The notes under the pieces were generated by a model, which made no database searches, was not told where the DNA came from, and was given only the letters and a program-made list of their open reading frames with translations. The translations under genes and the position numbers were made by a program. Positions 39,076 through 51,404 of a stretch of DNA of 64,000 nucleotides are shown here, piece after piece (position 1 is the first letter of the stretch; each line of letters starts with the position of its first letter). Location: the NCBI RefSeq assembly GCF_018977255.1, contig NW_024704743.1, positions 29,328,001 through 29,392,000 of the forward strand, given 5' to 3'. Source of the stretch: Callorhinchus milii (Eukaryota).

Positions 39076-40957
39076 GAGACTGTTAGCCATAGCTTCACCT
39101 CCCAGACGGTTTCCTCTCTCCTCCCCTCTACCTCCTGTGACTTAGCGGTGATTAATCAAATTAAGGATGATCATTAAGAGCACTTCCCTGTTGAACAAAC
39201 AAAATTAGAAAGAGAGAAAAATAATTATATCAATAGGACCTTTGCAATGCCTCGGTTTTAATTCAATGGTGACATTCACTGCTTGTTTGTTTTGGATCCT
39301 CCTAAAATATCTAATTTGGCAGGTATAACCTTCAGCTTTTGCCTATGTGGAATGAATACAATCAATTGCTACACTCGCTTTACCAGACTATTGCTGTGTC
39401 ATGTTGAAAAGCTTCTGAATGGTTTGAAAGTCTTCATTTTATGGCACACAGCTTAGCCCATTTACTGTGCCTAACTGTTCCACTTCAAAGCTAAATGGCA
39501 ACAAGTGTGTCCAATGAGTGACATAAACTGTTCGCAATGTACAATTCCTGGCAATGATACATCTCAGTGATGCCTTGCACATCTCATTCACCAACTACAA
39601 CGAGTAGTTTGGCTGCAGTGAAGAAGCCAGAAAAAACAGCATTTCTGGGGACACATCAACTATTGTCTTCTTTGTCATGGGAATACAACAGTACTGTTTT
39701 GCTCATTTTCCACTTCACCTATCAAAAATGTGTGTGTGTGTTGTTTGGGGAGGGGGGAAGAGAGAAGATTAAAATTGACCATATGCAAAAAGCACTCAAA
39801 AGCATTAACTCTCTATCCATTCTGACTAATTGGCCTGTTCTTGAGAAAAATCACAAAATTTACAGGTGGCCCCTTAATAACACAGTTTTGCATTTCTGTT
39901 GTTTCTCGGGGATAAAAAAAAGGCATAAGCATCAGTGAATTTGCAGTAATATCAATGGGAGCAATACTCATTACATAAACCGTCAGCAGAACCTGCTGGG
40001 TAAACACCATGTTGCGCATCCAAGTGTTCTTTTCTATCGCTTGTTTGGGGTCCATAAATCCTGCAGAAAAACATAAAATTGGCCAAATAGCAGCAGCATT
40101 GAAGTCTGAATGAGAGACTTCACATGCTCGTGCTCTTTACATTAAATATTTCCATACAGTTGCTAGTTTTTGTGCATGTTTTCATACTGCGTGCTACAAG
40201 GATGTTATTAGATAAAACACCAGACATGTGGTGAAGGATGAATTTATTAAACAAAAAAGTAACTGCCAAGCATTAACTTTCCAAAATGTTTTCCAAATGT
40301 ATTCTTGGTACTTTCTTACAGTGCACTCAATTATATTAAATAAAATCTTAAAATTAAATCACTGCTTTTCCCCTCAGCAGCAGTGGTTTCCTTGCGTAAT
40401 TGTTGGCTCTCAAGTATACCTAATTATTGTAAGGTCCACCAACAGAAATAAAGCACATTCCTCACGCAATGTTTAAACATAGTGCAGGGTCCAGTCTGAA
40501 AAATGAATGCCACCTTTATATTCCAACCGTGTTGCTGTTATACCCCAGATATCAAGCAAAAATGCTTTGAAAGCTGAGTGGTCATTTGTGGTTTTAAGGT
40601 TACATTTCATGTTGCATACCTTGTGAACTGAATGCCCCCTTTCCAGGGTGCTACAGCTTCAAACCTCAGACTAACATGCACAGGCCCAGAAAGGGGATTG
40701 TATTCTCGAGCCAACATTGGCTGTTTCAGGCCATTTTTCTTCAGGTTTTAGAACAAAATACCCAGGAAAAATACAAGCAGGTTCTCACATTGGGAACTTA
40801 CACTTATGGACGTAGTTCTGTCTAACCAACATATTGGAAATAACACTTCTTTTCCACTTAAATTCTAATTTCTTTGTCACGAAAAACACAAATGCAGCAA
40901 ATTGAATATCTAATTAGTTAAGCCACAATGGGTTATTATTATTAATTATTAGGTGCC

Positions 40958-41160
40958 TTATAATCCCTCCCAAAACAAAACAATAACAAATTGGGCATTT
41001 TCAATCCATGACCGTTTGTGGGACACTGCTGTGCGCAATTGGCTGCCGTGTTTCGCCCACAAATATACGGTCAATTCACTTAACAGTATATTCTGTGAAA
41101 CGCTTTGAGACGTCTAGAAGACATGAAAAGCGCTATATCAAATTCAAGGATTATTATTAT
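40958..41160 (+). mobile_element. SINE family A, 5'-truncated
   Basis: tttgtgggacactgctgtgcgcaattggctgccgtgtttcgcccacaaatatacggtcaattcac...cgctttgagacgtctagaagacatgaaaagcgctatatcaa...(tta)n. Confidence 0.9.
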
Positions 41161-41257
41161 AGTAATGTACCTGGGCTGAAACCACTGGGACTATTTTCAC
41201 TGGAACAAAGAAGGATAAGAGGGAATGGAATTAGCTTTTTCTAAAATTTCAAATATA

Positions 41258-41642
41258 AAAAATAACCCTTGCATTTGGTGTAGCATCTTTCAGATTTGGA
41301 AGTCATCTCAAAGTGCTTCACAGGATATACTGTAAAATGGATTTTGTAGGTGAATGCAGAAGTCAGTTTAAGTACAGCAATATCCCCAAAACAGCCATGG
41401 AGTGAGTGACCAACTGTATTTGATGAATTGTTGGCAAAGATACCGGGAGACCTTCCTTTCACTTTGTGAATAGTGCCATGGGATCCTTAACAGTGACCTA
41501 ACAGACAGACATCTCATCTAAAGGACAGCATCTACAGCAAGGCAGTGCACTCCCAGCATTGCACTGGAGTGTCAGCTTAGACTATACGAGTTCCAAGTCC
41601 CAACATGCAGAGTCAAGAATGCTACCAAATGAGCCAGGCTGA
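41258..41642 (-). mobile_element. Deu-domain SINE nested in a CR1 3' fragment (41170-41255 and 41643-41770, +)
   Basis: Reverse complement has a cagcctggctcatttggtagcattc head and Deu core aaggatcccatggcactattcac; flanks read LKPLGLFSLEQRRIRG on the left and a FPL...GH-like CR1 continuation on the right. Confidence 0.7.
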
Positions 41643-41867
41643 ATATTTTGAGAGGATAATGAGAATGATTATTCCCGCTGATTGATAAACCAGTAATGGG
41701 GGAGGGGGGCATAAATCTGGGATTATAGATCATCACTGAATGATCTCGGAGAGGTTTGAAGAAAAGTTAAAGGATTATTAGAATATAAAATGATTTGCAA
41801 CAGGTGTTTTTTGAAGTTGAGATCAGAACATTTGAAAGGGAATTGGTTTAACACCTGAAGAACATAA

Positions 41868-42195
41868 AACAATAATTTACATATATATAGATAGTGTCTT
41901 TGTTGGGTAAACGTATCAAAGAGCTTCATGCAACTTAGTTGAAGCCCAAGCAGACGGGAGGAAAGAGGGGGTAACATAGCCGAAAGCACGGATGGAAAGG
42001 CAGGTTTTAGGCTGCGTTTTTAAAACTTAGAATGAGGAGGCGAGGGAGGCAGCAAGGGAGGAGGGACTCTGGGATGGACTTCTGGTTAGCAGGGACAGTA
42101 TAGTCGGTATAGTTGAAAGCTCGCCCACCAACGGCAGGGCTGAGTGGCCGGGGAAACAAAGCAGGCGGGTCTCTGCTGAGTGGAGGAAGTCTCTT
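41868..42195 (-). mobile_element. Old L2 3' fragment
   Basis: Minus-strand ORF contains AVGGRAFNYT, the L2 GGRAFS motif; tail remnant near 41870-41930. Confidence 0.6.
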
Positions 42196-42465
42196 CACAC
42201 ACCTGTTTGCCTAGCAGTAAGTAGGAACCCGGTTGTTAATCGATTGGCGGATTGTTTTCCAGAGGTAATAAATCCCTCCAAAAATAAATAAAAAAATAAT
42301 TTGGTCACTCAATCCACGACTGTTTGTGGGACACTGCTGTGTGCAATTGGCTGCTACATTTTACACAGTCAATTCACTAAACAACATATTCTGTGAAGTG
42401 ATTTGAGACCTCTCAACGATGTGATAAGGCGCTATATCAAATGCAAGGGTTATTATTATATTATT
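42195..42465 (+). mobile_element. SINE family A long variant, 5'-truncated
   Basis: cacacacctgtttgcctagcagtaagtaggaacccggttgttaatcgattggcggattg internal segment, then the standard body and tail. Confidence 0.8.
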
Positions 42466-42804
42466 CTAAATTCCAAGTTTTTTGGTGTTCCACAGCTGGA
42501 ATTCAAAATGTGCCCAGAAAGCTGGCCAATTTGTGTCAAAATGTTAGTCGGCCAATTGAGTGCCAAAAAAAACCCCAAAAGTCTGAGTTATCAGGTTGCC
42601 ATTGACATCACTTTCTGCATGCTGGAAAGTGACATTGGCGGAGATCTGAAGACTCTGAATTTGTCTTGGGAAACTGACAGCTCTCTGTGTACATTTACAG
42701 CGAGTGAAGAAACGCTGGCGAGCGATTGCATCTTTTTATGGACCCCAAATACAACTTTACAACAGGGTTCTACTGTATGTAAACATATGCATCTATAATA
42801 GAAG

Positions 42805-42908
42805 CAGACAGGGTTGAGCTTCGCAATGATGCTCTGTGATTAGATTGCCTTCTGACACTCACTGTCTAGCCTTACACATGAAGAATACCATTTGGGTGAG
42901 TACCAGGT
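42805..42908 (+). mobile_element. SINE family B 3' fragment
   Basis: gacagggttgagcttcgcaatgatgc...gacactcactgtctagccttacacatgaagaataccatttgggtgagtacc. Confidence 0.55.
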
Positions 42909-43659
42909 GGGAAGAAAATTGGGAGGAAGTAAAAACAGCTATTCTTAGGTCCAATTTCAAATAAAGAAACCTTTTTCTAAATATATGTCAAAGTTTCCAG
43001 GGCGGCATAACAGCACACAAGAGTTTTTTATGCCAGAGAACAGAGAGTTTGCTCCAGGGTCCACAGTGATAGCATCTTCAGTTCCCCAAAAAGGAAACTT
43101 GAATTTGTGGTTTCATGTGTGTGTGTGGGCTGGGGACTGACTGCCAGGAATGGGCAGGTAACAATATATCGTATTGAAATACATGATTTCTCCATTTACA
43201 AAATAGCAACCACAGCAAACTACACTAATGACGGCTAGTCTTTTGTGGGTGTTTGCTTGGGACGTCTTTCTCACATGAAAAACACTATGCCAAACATAGG
43301 AATCATTATTATTAATGTTATTATAATTATAGTCTGTCATCAAAAGAAAATCCCAACTGCTGTATAATATGAACACTGCATCAATATCTCACCAGGAGTA
43401 CTTCTGCATTACATTGTTATTTGAACAAGTGAAAGATATTTGCTTTGACGGTGGGTGGATGGGTGGGGAGGGAGGAGGACCGAATTAGTAAAGAGGTTGA
43501 ACTGGCTCTGGGAAGACCCACCTGACAAAGCAGGCCCTCATTGATGATTGATCAATCAATCTGGGTCATCAATGAGACTTGAACCTGTTGTCAACTCTGT
43601 AAGTCTCATTGGTAGGGAGCTCCAAGCTGCAAAAAAACATGAAACTTAATAGTGTTCCA

Positions 43660-44035
43660 TGCCATTCATTCCCATCCCTGGTTCTGCTAATTCAGGCCTG
43701 CTTCGTGTCCCTGCCCCCTACATCCCACCGTTGACAGATGAATTTTCAGCCACTTTGCCTCTCTTCTCTGGAACTCTCTCTCTAAATCTCTGCCTTGCAC
43801 CCTCCCTCTCTACTTTCAAAGCCTTTTTAAAAAGCATTCCTCTTTGACCACAAATTCGGAAACCTCCCTTCCAGTTCAGAACTCAGTTCAGGCTCCCACT
43901 CCCTCTCAGTGAAGTGCTTTGAGACATTTTCCTACGTGAACGGCTCTATTCTCAGCGTCTTGGGACGTCCTCTCGATGTGAAAGGCACGATACAAATGTA
44001 ATTTGTTGTTGTATATTGTGCAAGTTTATGGCTGC
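43660..44035 (+). mobile_element. L2 3' end with a second short L2 tail inserted in or next to its terminus
   Basis: Encodes SGLLRVP...LSTFKAFLKS; tail gaagtgctttgagacattttcctacgtgaacggctct is followed by cagcgtcttgggacgtcctctcgatgtgaaaggcacg...ttgttgttg. Confidence 0.75.
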
Positions 44036-46964
44036 TGTTGGAAGATATCGGGAACAGAATGATGATGACATTCCATTGGCAAAATGCATTTAGTGTTTAC
44101 TAGGGCCATATCCATTTCATATAGTATTATTAATTTCTAAAGAACCAAACAGTTTCATACATTTGAGAATTTAAAGTCAGATTTTCATTTGACTCTCAGC
44201 CTATCTATAAATCCGATTTTTAAGGCCTACCTCTAGCTGCAACTATGGTTATCTCCCCTCCCTCGGCATGCAACTCTGCCACTGAAGGGAGCTACATAAA
44301 TGCAAACTGTTGTTGCTGCTGCTCCTTTTCTTCCTTTGGCTGGTACAGATAAACTTCTCCAACTGCAAGGTTGTCTACCAGGACAAGTACATCAAGGGAA
44401 TGTGTCCTGTCCTCCCAATCTCAGAGATCATACCATCTAGCAGAACAATTTATGGATTATTTTCTAGTGTAGTTTATTGGATTTATTGTTATTGTAAAAT
44501 TATTATCAGGTCGCTTTTTTTTCCAACTGAAGTCAAATTCCATAAAATCACTAAGAACATGTTTGACTCAACACTCCTATACTCCTCCATGCTCTTGGGT
44601 GGGCAGATTAACAGGGAGACTAGTTTTCAGTCCAGCCACTACTAGGCAGTTTGCTATTCTGCCTAAGCACATCTGGGCTTTATATCAGGCCTTTAATTAA
44701 TCCTCAGTGAAAGCCAAGCTCTGACAGTTTGACTGGGTAGGCTCCAATTTCGGACAGGTCTTGATTTATTGCGGCTGAGTTTCAACCAACTTTGATTTAT
44801 TTCGGCTTTGGGGAGGGAGGTCTGGCAGTAAACAGAAAGGCACCATTGGATGCAGTGGATATGAGCGTAGGAAGCACCTTCAGATTCTACTGCCCAAACG
44901 AATTACCAAGTAATAAACAGCCCAGATAGCTACAGTAGTTTTAAACAAGGTTGAGGAACCAAGATCTGCAAAAATGCAAATGAATAAATAATGGAGGTTA
45001 TAGGGTGAGGTTTAAAGGATTGCAGATTTTAGCTGATATGTCATTCAAGGGAACTGGTCATGTCTTATCTACTAGAAAACAATAAATCCCTGGCCACTCA
45101 TTAGAGCTAATCATGACACTCATCTGCACTCTGTTAGCCACAGGAAAGCAAGATTGAGTTTTTCTGCTGAACCACTGCATTTGAAAAGGATGTCCCTCAT
45201 TATCTGCCATTCCATCAAGGGTGGATCACCACTAAGAGGCCTTTTGCTCTTTAACAGTGCCAAATGTCCTTGAGTGACTAAAGTGGGATGCAGCAGTCCC
45301 ACGGTCCTCTGAAAGAGATATGTCTATTGAAAAAGACATATGGAAATACTTACTACATTGCATACAGGGAGCTGATACCTTACCCAGCTATGCAAACTGA
45401 GGGACTTGAGACACCATATTGTGGTTCTTGAACATCTGGCTAAACACATTGCATATCGTTATCAATAACATACACCACTATCATTAAGGAAGCTATACAA
45501 AGTTAAGAGCATTGCCTAAGGAAGATACTGGGCTTAGATTGTTAGTGATAGAATCTAGCATATACTGTATACATCATTATGTCAGATAATGACTGATGTT
45601 GTCTGAGAGGACAGGAGACCAACACAACACTTGCAGAGCTGATCCGATACTGATATGGATTTCAGGCAACATAATTATTAACTGGGAAAAAAAAGATTAA
45701 ACATTCAAACACTTTGGCCATTCTGCATTAGTCTTGAAGGACGGTTAAAACGATCTGTAAACACTCGAGTAAAAACTAAAGATAATTTACAGTAAGATAA
45801 CTGCTGTGAAAATCATTACCTATCAGACAGTTTGTAAAAGCCAGAGCTGACACTAAGCAGACCGAATCAGTAAGAAAGAGAGCTTATCAGTATCCTTTGA
45901 ATAAAGCCACAAGAAACTCACTGACCTTCTGAGCACACTGCCATAGGCTGAGGAAGCTAGACTTGTGCAGACTAAATCAGGGCTTCCTCAGCATTGTCTA
46001 AAAAAAAGCCCGACTCCTGGTTCAGAATAATGATCATCACTTTGATCAAGCACGTGTTCGAGTACAGATTCTTCAACAAGGAACTTAGAAGATAATCCTT
46101 AGCCACAAAATACATCTGTCAAAACCTCTCAAAGTGCTTCACAGGTAATTGTCAAGTTAGAAGCATCAACGGAGATAACGATATTCTACAACAAAAATCC
46201 AGATTCCAGTTTTGATTCTGGTTAAAACATTAACAACACAATGCCAAACTCCATGATCCTGGTCACATTTGGCACCCCTGTTTTTGACCCATGACGTTTC
46301 TCGCAAAGTGGCAAAATGTAATGTCAGAGTCGTATCTCAGTTTACAAACACATAGATCATCTGTAGATTGAGCAGCTCGACATTATACTGCTGTACTCCA
46401 ACTTTTAGATGTCAAAGATAAGAAAATTCTAAAAACAAATCATTTGAGACACCGTCAGCACGGCCTCTGGAACCCAGTCCCCCATCAATCCAACTGGCTA
46501 TAGATCAATGCAGTTGAATGGCTGATTGAGGCATCAGTCAAATGTAGGTCATAACCTTTCGCTCTCCTAGTGATAATATGCATCGCTGGCAATTTGTTTC
46601 AATGTTGAAGAATCTGTGAAAATAATGTTGTTGCATCTCACCCAATTCCAAAAATTACCTTTTTTAAAAATCAGAAGATTTTCAATTATCTTGTCAGTGC
46701 TTAAAGTAGACATCTTTATTTTCCCGCTATGTGTTTATTTTGCCCTTACTACAGTTTAGCTATACAAAAATACTCTAGCTACACAAGAGAGGCACTTGAA
46801 AATAAGGGATGTTTTGGCAGAATGAGCTACCGGTTTGTTCTGTTTTAAGGGAAGAAAATATAAACTCCTTTTAGAAAGGTAAATCTGCTCTCAAAATGAC
46901 AACACGTTGATGAGTGAATCACATGCATAGATCCAACATTCAAGGAGGGCACTGAGGATGATCC

Positions 46965-47335
46965 CCAGTGTTAGAAGAATGAGATATCAGCAACGAGTAG
47001 ACAAGCTCGGGCTCTGCAGTCTTGAGAGAAGATGACTGAAGGAGACTTCATAGAAGTACAAAATTTTAAATGGAACTGAAAAAGTAAAGCCAGAACAGCA
47101 CATTAGGATGCACCAAGACAATAGAATAAGAGGACATAGGTTTAGAGTTGCAAAGGGCAATTTCAGGACAGAGACCAGGAAGTTTTTCTTTACTCAGAGG
47201 GTCGACAGGAAAGGTGTTTTCAGGCCAGGATGCAAAAAAAAAGCTTGATGCTCTGATGGGAACATCATAGCATGAGTATTCTGGAAGGATGAGATCAGTT
47301 GGGCCGAAGAGATTTCTTCATCTGAACTATGTTTG
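46965..47335 (+). mobile_element. CR1 3' fragment
   Basis: ctcgggctctgcagtcttgagagaagatgactgaaggagacttcatagaagt (LGLCSLERR.L.GD.IEV), aagaggacatagg (RGH) and tttttctttactcagagggt (FFTQR). Confidence 0.8.
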
Positions 47336-47449
47336 TGTTTTTCTTTGTCTCAGGAAACATAAATTAGAGAACTACCTATACACTGTAGTAGGATAAAAAA
47401 AATTGTCAGCAATGTGTGTCTCTCTCTCTCTTTCGCTCTCTGATTAAAA

Positions 47450-49960
47450 CAGGACACTATTGGTGGTGTACTACAGGCAATCCAACAGTGGAAAAGAAGA
47501 AGAAATATGCAGGCCGATATGTGGAATGAGCAATAATAATGAAATAATAATTATGGGGGATTTCAATTATCCCTAGTTAGATTGGCAGAGATAGGGAGTA
47601 GGAGGCAAGAAAGGGATGGAGTCTTTGCAATGTGTGCACAACACTTTTCTGTCTCAGTACAGAATGTAGAAACTCCAACAAGACCTAGTTACGGGAGCCT
47701 CAGGGATAGTGACCATAATATGAGGTTGAAGATAATTACATAATCAGAAATAGATAAGACTATTCCAAACGTTGATTGGAAAAAGCTAATTATAATGGTA
47801 TGAGGAATGAACTGGTCAAGGTACATTGAGTGGAAAATTGACAAACAATGATCTTGAGCAACAATAGAAGAGTTTTAAGCATAAGATGGAAAAGTGCGGA
47901 GAGATATATTGCATTACGAAATAAGGGAAAATTAACTACTAATGGAATGCCATGGCTGAAGAAGGAGGTGAAGACAAAACTGCAGCTAGGTAGAAATGCA
48001 TTTGAAAAGTACACAATAAATAACAGAGGAAAACAGAAGTAAATACAGCAAATTTAGGAAAGAGTTTAAAAAGATGATTAGGAAGCCAAAGAGCAACCGT
48101 CAAGCGAACATACCAAAAAATATAAAAAGAAATAGCAAGGTGTTCAATAGGCAGGTCAGTAATACATGAATGGTTAAAGTAGGAATAGGATCATTAAGGA
48201 GAGAAGGGGATTAGCTCAGAGCAGATCATAAAGAAATGGTGGAATTATTATATGAATACTCTGCCTCAGTTTTCTCAAAGGAAACTGACGAGGAAATTTA
48301 GTAAGAACAGACAGGGCAGGGTGTAAAATCACAACAGTTAAGGTAGGGAGAAGGGAGGCATTAAATAAATTACACAAGCTGAAAGAGGATAAGGCACCTG
48401 GCCAAGGTGGACTGCGCTCAAGGATCCTTAACGAAACTAGTGAGGAGATAAGTGTAGTATAGATATTTAAGAACTCTGTAAAGAAAGGAATTGTGCCAAC
48501 AACAACAACAACAAGATTCCATTTATAGAGCGCCTTTCACGTCGGGAGGACGTCCCGAGGCGCTGTACAGTTGGGTCAGGAGCAAGGGGGAAATGGTCAG
48601 GGTGAGAGGAGGGAAGGGAGGGAGCGAGGAAGGGGTAGAGAGTTGAGAGGGGAGCTGAAGGCACCGTCAAAGAGAAAGGTCTTGAGACCGGCCTTGAAGG
48701 AGGAAAGGGAGGAGGCGGCGAAGGCACTGGGGGATAGAGTTCCAGAGCCTAGGGGCTGAGAGCCCGGTCACTGATGGTAGGGCGGTTGGGGCAAGGGATG
48801 TGGAGCAGACCGGAGCCAGAGGAACGGAGGGTACGGGCAGGTAGGTAGGGGGATAGTAGGTCAGAGAGGTAGGAGGGAGCAAGGCCGTGAATGGCCTTGT
48901 AGGTGAGGATGAGGGTCTTGAATTCGATCCTCTGGGGGATGGGGAGCCAGTGGAGGCGAGCGAGGGTGGGATTGATGTGGTCGCGGTGTCTGGTGCGGGA
49001 CAGTACACGAGCTGCAGAGTTCTGAATGACCTGCAGCTTGTGGAGGGAGGTGCCGGGAAGGCCGGCGAGGAGAGAGTTCCCATAGTCCACCTTTGAGGTG
49101 ATAAAGGCGTGGACCAGAGTTTCAGCAGCGTGAGGGGTGAGGTAGTGCCGTAGTCTGGCGATGTTCCGGAGGTGATGGAAGGCGGTGCCAGTTGTGGTGC
49201 GGATATGGGGGAGAAAGGACAGCTCAGGGTCGAACAGAACACCGAGGTTCCTGACTGACTTTGAGAGGTGGAGAGTGCAGCCTTGGATGCTGATGCCAGA
49301 GGACTTGAGAACGGTAGAGTATAATACCTATTTTTAAATAGGGCGATAGTGCTAATCCATGAAACTACAGGCCAGTCATGTTAATGTCAGTTGTGGGCAA
49401 GGTATTAGAATCTATAATAAAAGAAGAAGTAACTGGAGAAGGAGAAATATAATTAAGAACAGCGAGCATGGAATTGTGAAAAGGTCATGCTTGACTAAGA
49501 TTTAACTGATAAAGTAGATGAGAGAAATGCAATGGATGTAGAATATCTCGATTTCCAGAAAGCCTTTGATAGAGTGCCATATGAGCAGAATAAGGGGATG
49601 CAGAATTGAATGGAATGGAAAATGAAAGCAAAGGGTAGGAGTTAAGGCTTCTTCTCAGGATGGCAAGAGCTAGGAAATGGTATTTGGCAGATCTGTGTTA
49701 GGACCCCTACTGTTCACCACATACATAAATGTGTTGGATTCAGATATCGGAGGTGTAATGTCAAAATTTGAAGATGACAGCAAGCTGGGGGAAGTAGTAA
49801 ACAGTGAAGGGGATTGCAGAAGAATGCAGGAAGTCATAACCAGACTACTAGAATGGGCAGAAAGACGGCAGATGAAGTTTAATGTAGGAAATACAAAGTA
49901 ATTTATTTTGGCAGGAAAAATAAAGAAGCTGTCTATGTTAGGAACCTAAGAGGAGTAGAG
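47450..49960 (+). mobile_element. CR1 LINE ORF2 remnant (endonuclease to RT), with many stops and frameshifts, split by an L2
   Basis: Motifs VYYR..NS, IIMGDFNYP, LKEDKAPG, IFKNSVKKGIVP | ED.R...IIPIFK.GD.ANP.NYRPV, YLDFQKAFDRVP and SVLGPLLFTTYINVLDSDIGGVMSKFEDDSKLG. Confidence 0.95.
48499..49298 (-). mobile_element. Well-preserved 5'-truncated L2 LINE (800 bp) with 5-bp TSD TGCCA
   Basis: Minus frame is open for ~180 codons: SVRNLGVLFDPELSFLPHIRTTTGTAFHHLRNIARLRHYLTPHAAETLVHAFITSKVDYGNSLLAGLPGTSLHKLQVIQNSAARVL...HWLPIPQRIEFK; (TTG)n tail; TGCCA at 48494-48498 and 49294-49298. Confidence 0.96.
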
Positions 49961-50974
49961 ACTTTCAAAATGTTTAGGAATGTCACTCACAACTATAGTT
50001 TAGCTGACAGCCATTTAAATGCACTTTCACAAAATTACAGGAGTTTTCTACATTAAAACAAAATGAATTACAAATCATTAAAATGGTTGCAACTCTTTGT
50101 CGGTAACTTCACAGATTTGATCTGACCCTAACGCAGCATGGGGTCAGCCCTGTTGAGAGGAGTTTATCATAGCCTTTTAGTGGCACATTTCAGACCATGC
50201 TAATGTGAGTACAGAACTCCAAACCTCCGGTTAAATATCCATTCGGCATCTCACCATAATACCCCGCTGAAGGAACGTGAATTTATCACCATTAGATGTA
50301 CAGGCTGACTGCCTTTCCAATGAGCTGCAGTCTCAACATACATTATTTTTACTTCACTACGTCAGCTATCTTCTGCAGAAAAGGGCCTTTAGCACTGGAT
50401 CAGATGTTTACACAGCACTGTGTCATGCCTGGTCTATTAAATGATTGTTCAATTACAGTCAATTACAGACTGGAATTGACTGAAAATACATTCACTGGCA
50501 CGAGCCAAGAATCTGCATCTGTCTTTGTAATTTATCTATTAAATTTCCACATTATTTTATTTCTTCCCCAACTTAACTAAAGGCTTCTCAGATTTCTGGC
50601 AAGTCTGTGCTTTGCAGCTATTGGTTGCCCTGGCTTCTGCCATCTCAGGAAGCACAATATCTGCTGCCATTGTGGTTTATCAGCCTGTGTGTCATTAACA
50701 TGCCTGACATCTGGAAACAGTGAGCAAAATCAAATTAATCACGAACACAAATATTCACTGGGGAAAAATGCAACAATTGTGTACAATAGGCAAGACTGAT
50801 ATATTAATGTGCAGTGTAGTTGTAACACTCTGAATGCATGATTCATATCAGGCGTGGGGAATTAGGTCATTTAATCAGAACGTGCAAGACGCCATGGGTG
50901 CCATTCACAACAATAGCAAAGTGCAACTTTATGCTCTGATTCTCGCTTCAGGTCGTTTCATTTTCTTATTTTGT

Positions 50975-51057
50975 CTGCAAAATATAGTCAATTCACTTTA
51001 CATTACAACTTGAAGACCTGATAAGGCGCTGTATCAAATTCAAGGATTATTATTATT
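50975..51057 (+). mobile_element. SINE family A tail fragment
   Basis: atatagtcaattcactttac...gataaggcgctgtatcaaattcaaggattattattatt. Confidence 0.7.
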
Positions 51058-51337
51058 TTGGTCAGTTTATTTTGATAGCTTTGTTAAAATGTACAACGCT
51101 TGTAATCATTTCACATGCAAAATAGCACACTGAGGGTAAAAAGCTTGGCAATGGTTTTACTCAATAGTATGTTGTTCTGAATGCAGTAATTGTCAGACAA
51201 TCACTGTAATATGTGCATATAAAAACACAAAATACAGATGGTGGAATCTATTGTGGAAGCCATGTGTAAATGCATGTATAATTGCACACCATGTCAAATA
51301 CATGTATTCTGAGGTGTCTGAAGTGCTGTACACTGTC

Positions 51338-51404
51338 CAGCACCTTGGGACGTCCTCCTGACGTGAAAGGCGCTATACAAATGTAATCTTGTTGTTGCTG
51401 TTGT
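51338..51404 (+). mobile_element. Ultra-short L2 3' end
   Basis: cagcaccttgggacgtcctcctgacgtgaaaggcgctatacaaatgtaatcttgttgttgctgttg. Confidence 0.85.

Noticed and set aside
40091..40133. miRNA-like hairpin starting AGCAGCATTG (miR-103/107-like seed)
   Set aside because: The sequence diverges after 10 nt and the stem is too short for a pre-miRNA.
48667..49242. 191-aa Pro/Ser-rich ORF, and similar ORFs at 18802-19218, 18825-19139 and 48467-48759
   Set aside because: These are alternative frames or antisense reads of GC-rich L2 sequence.
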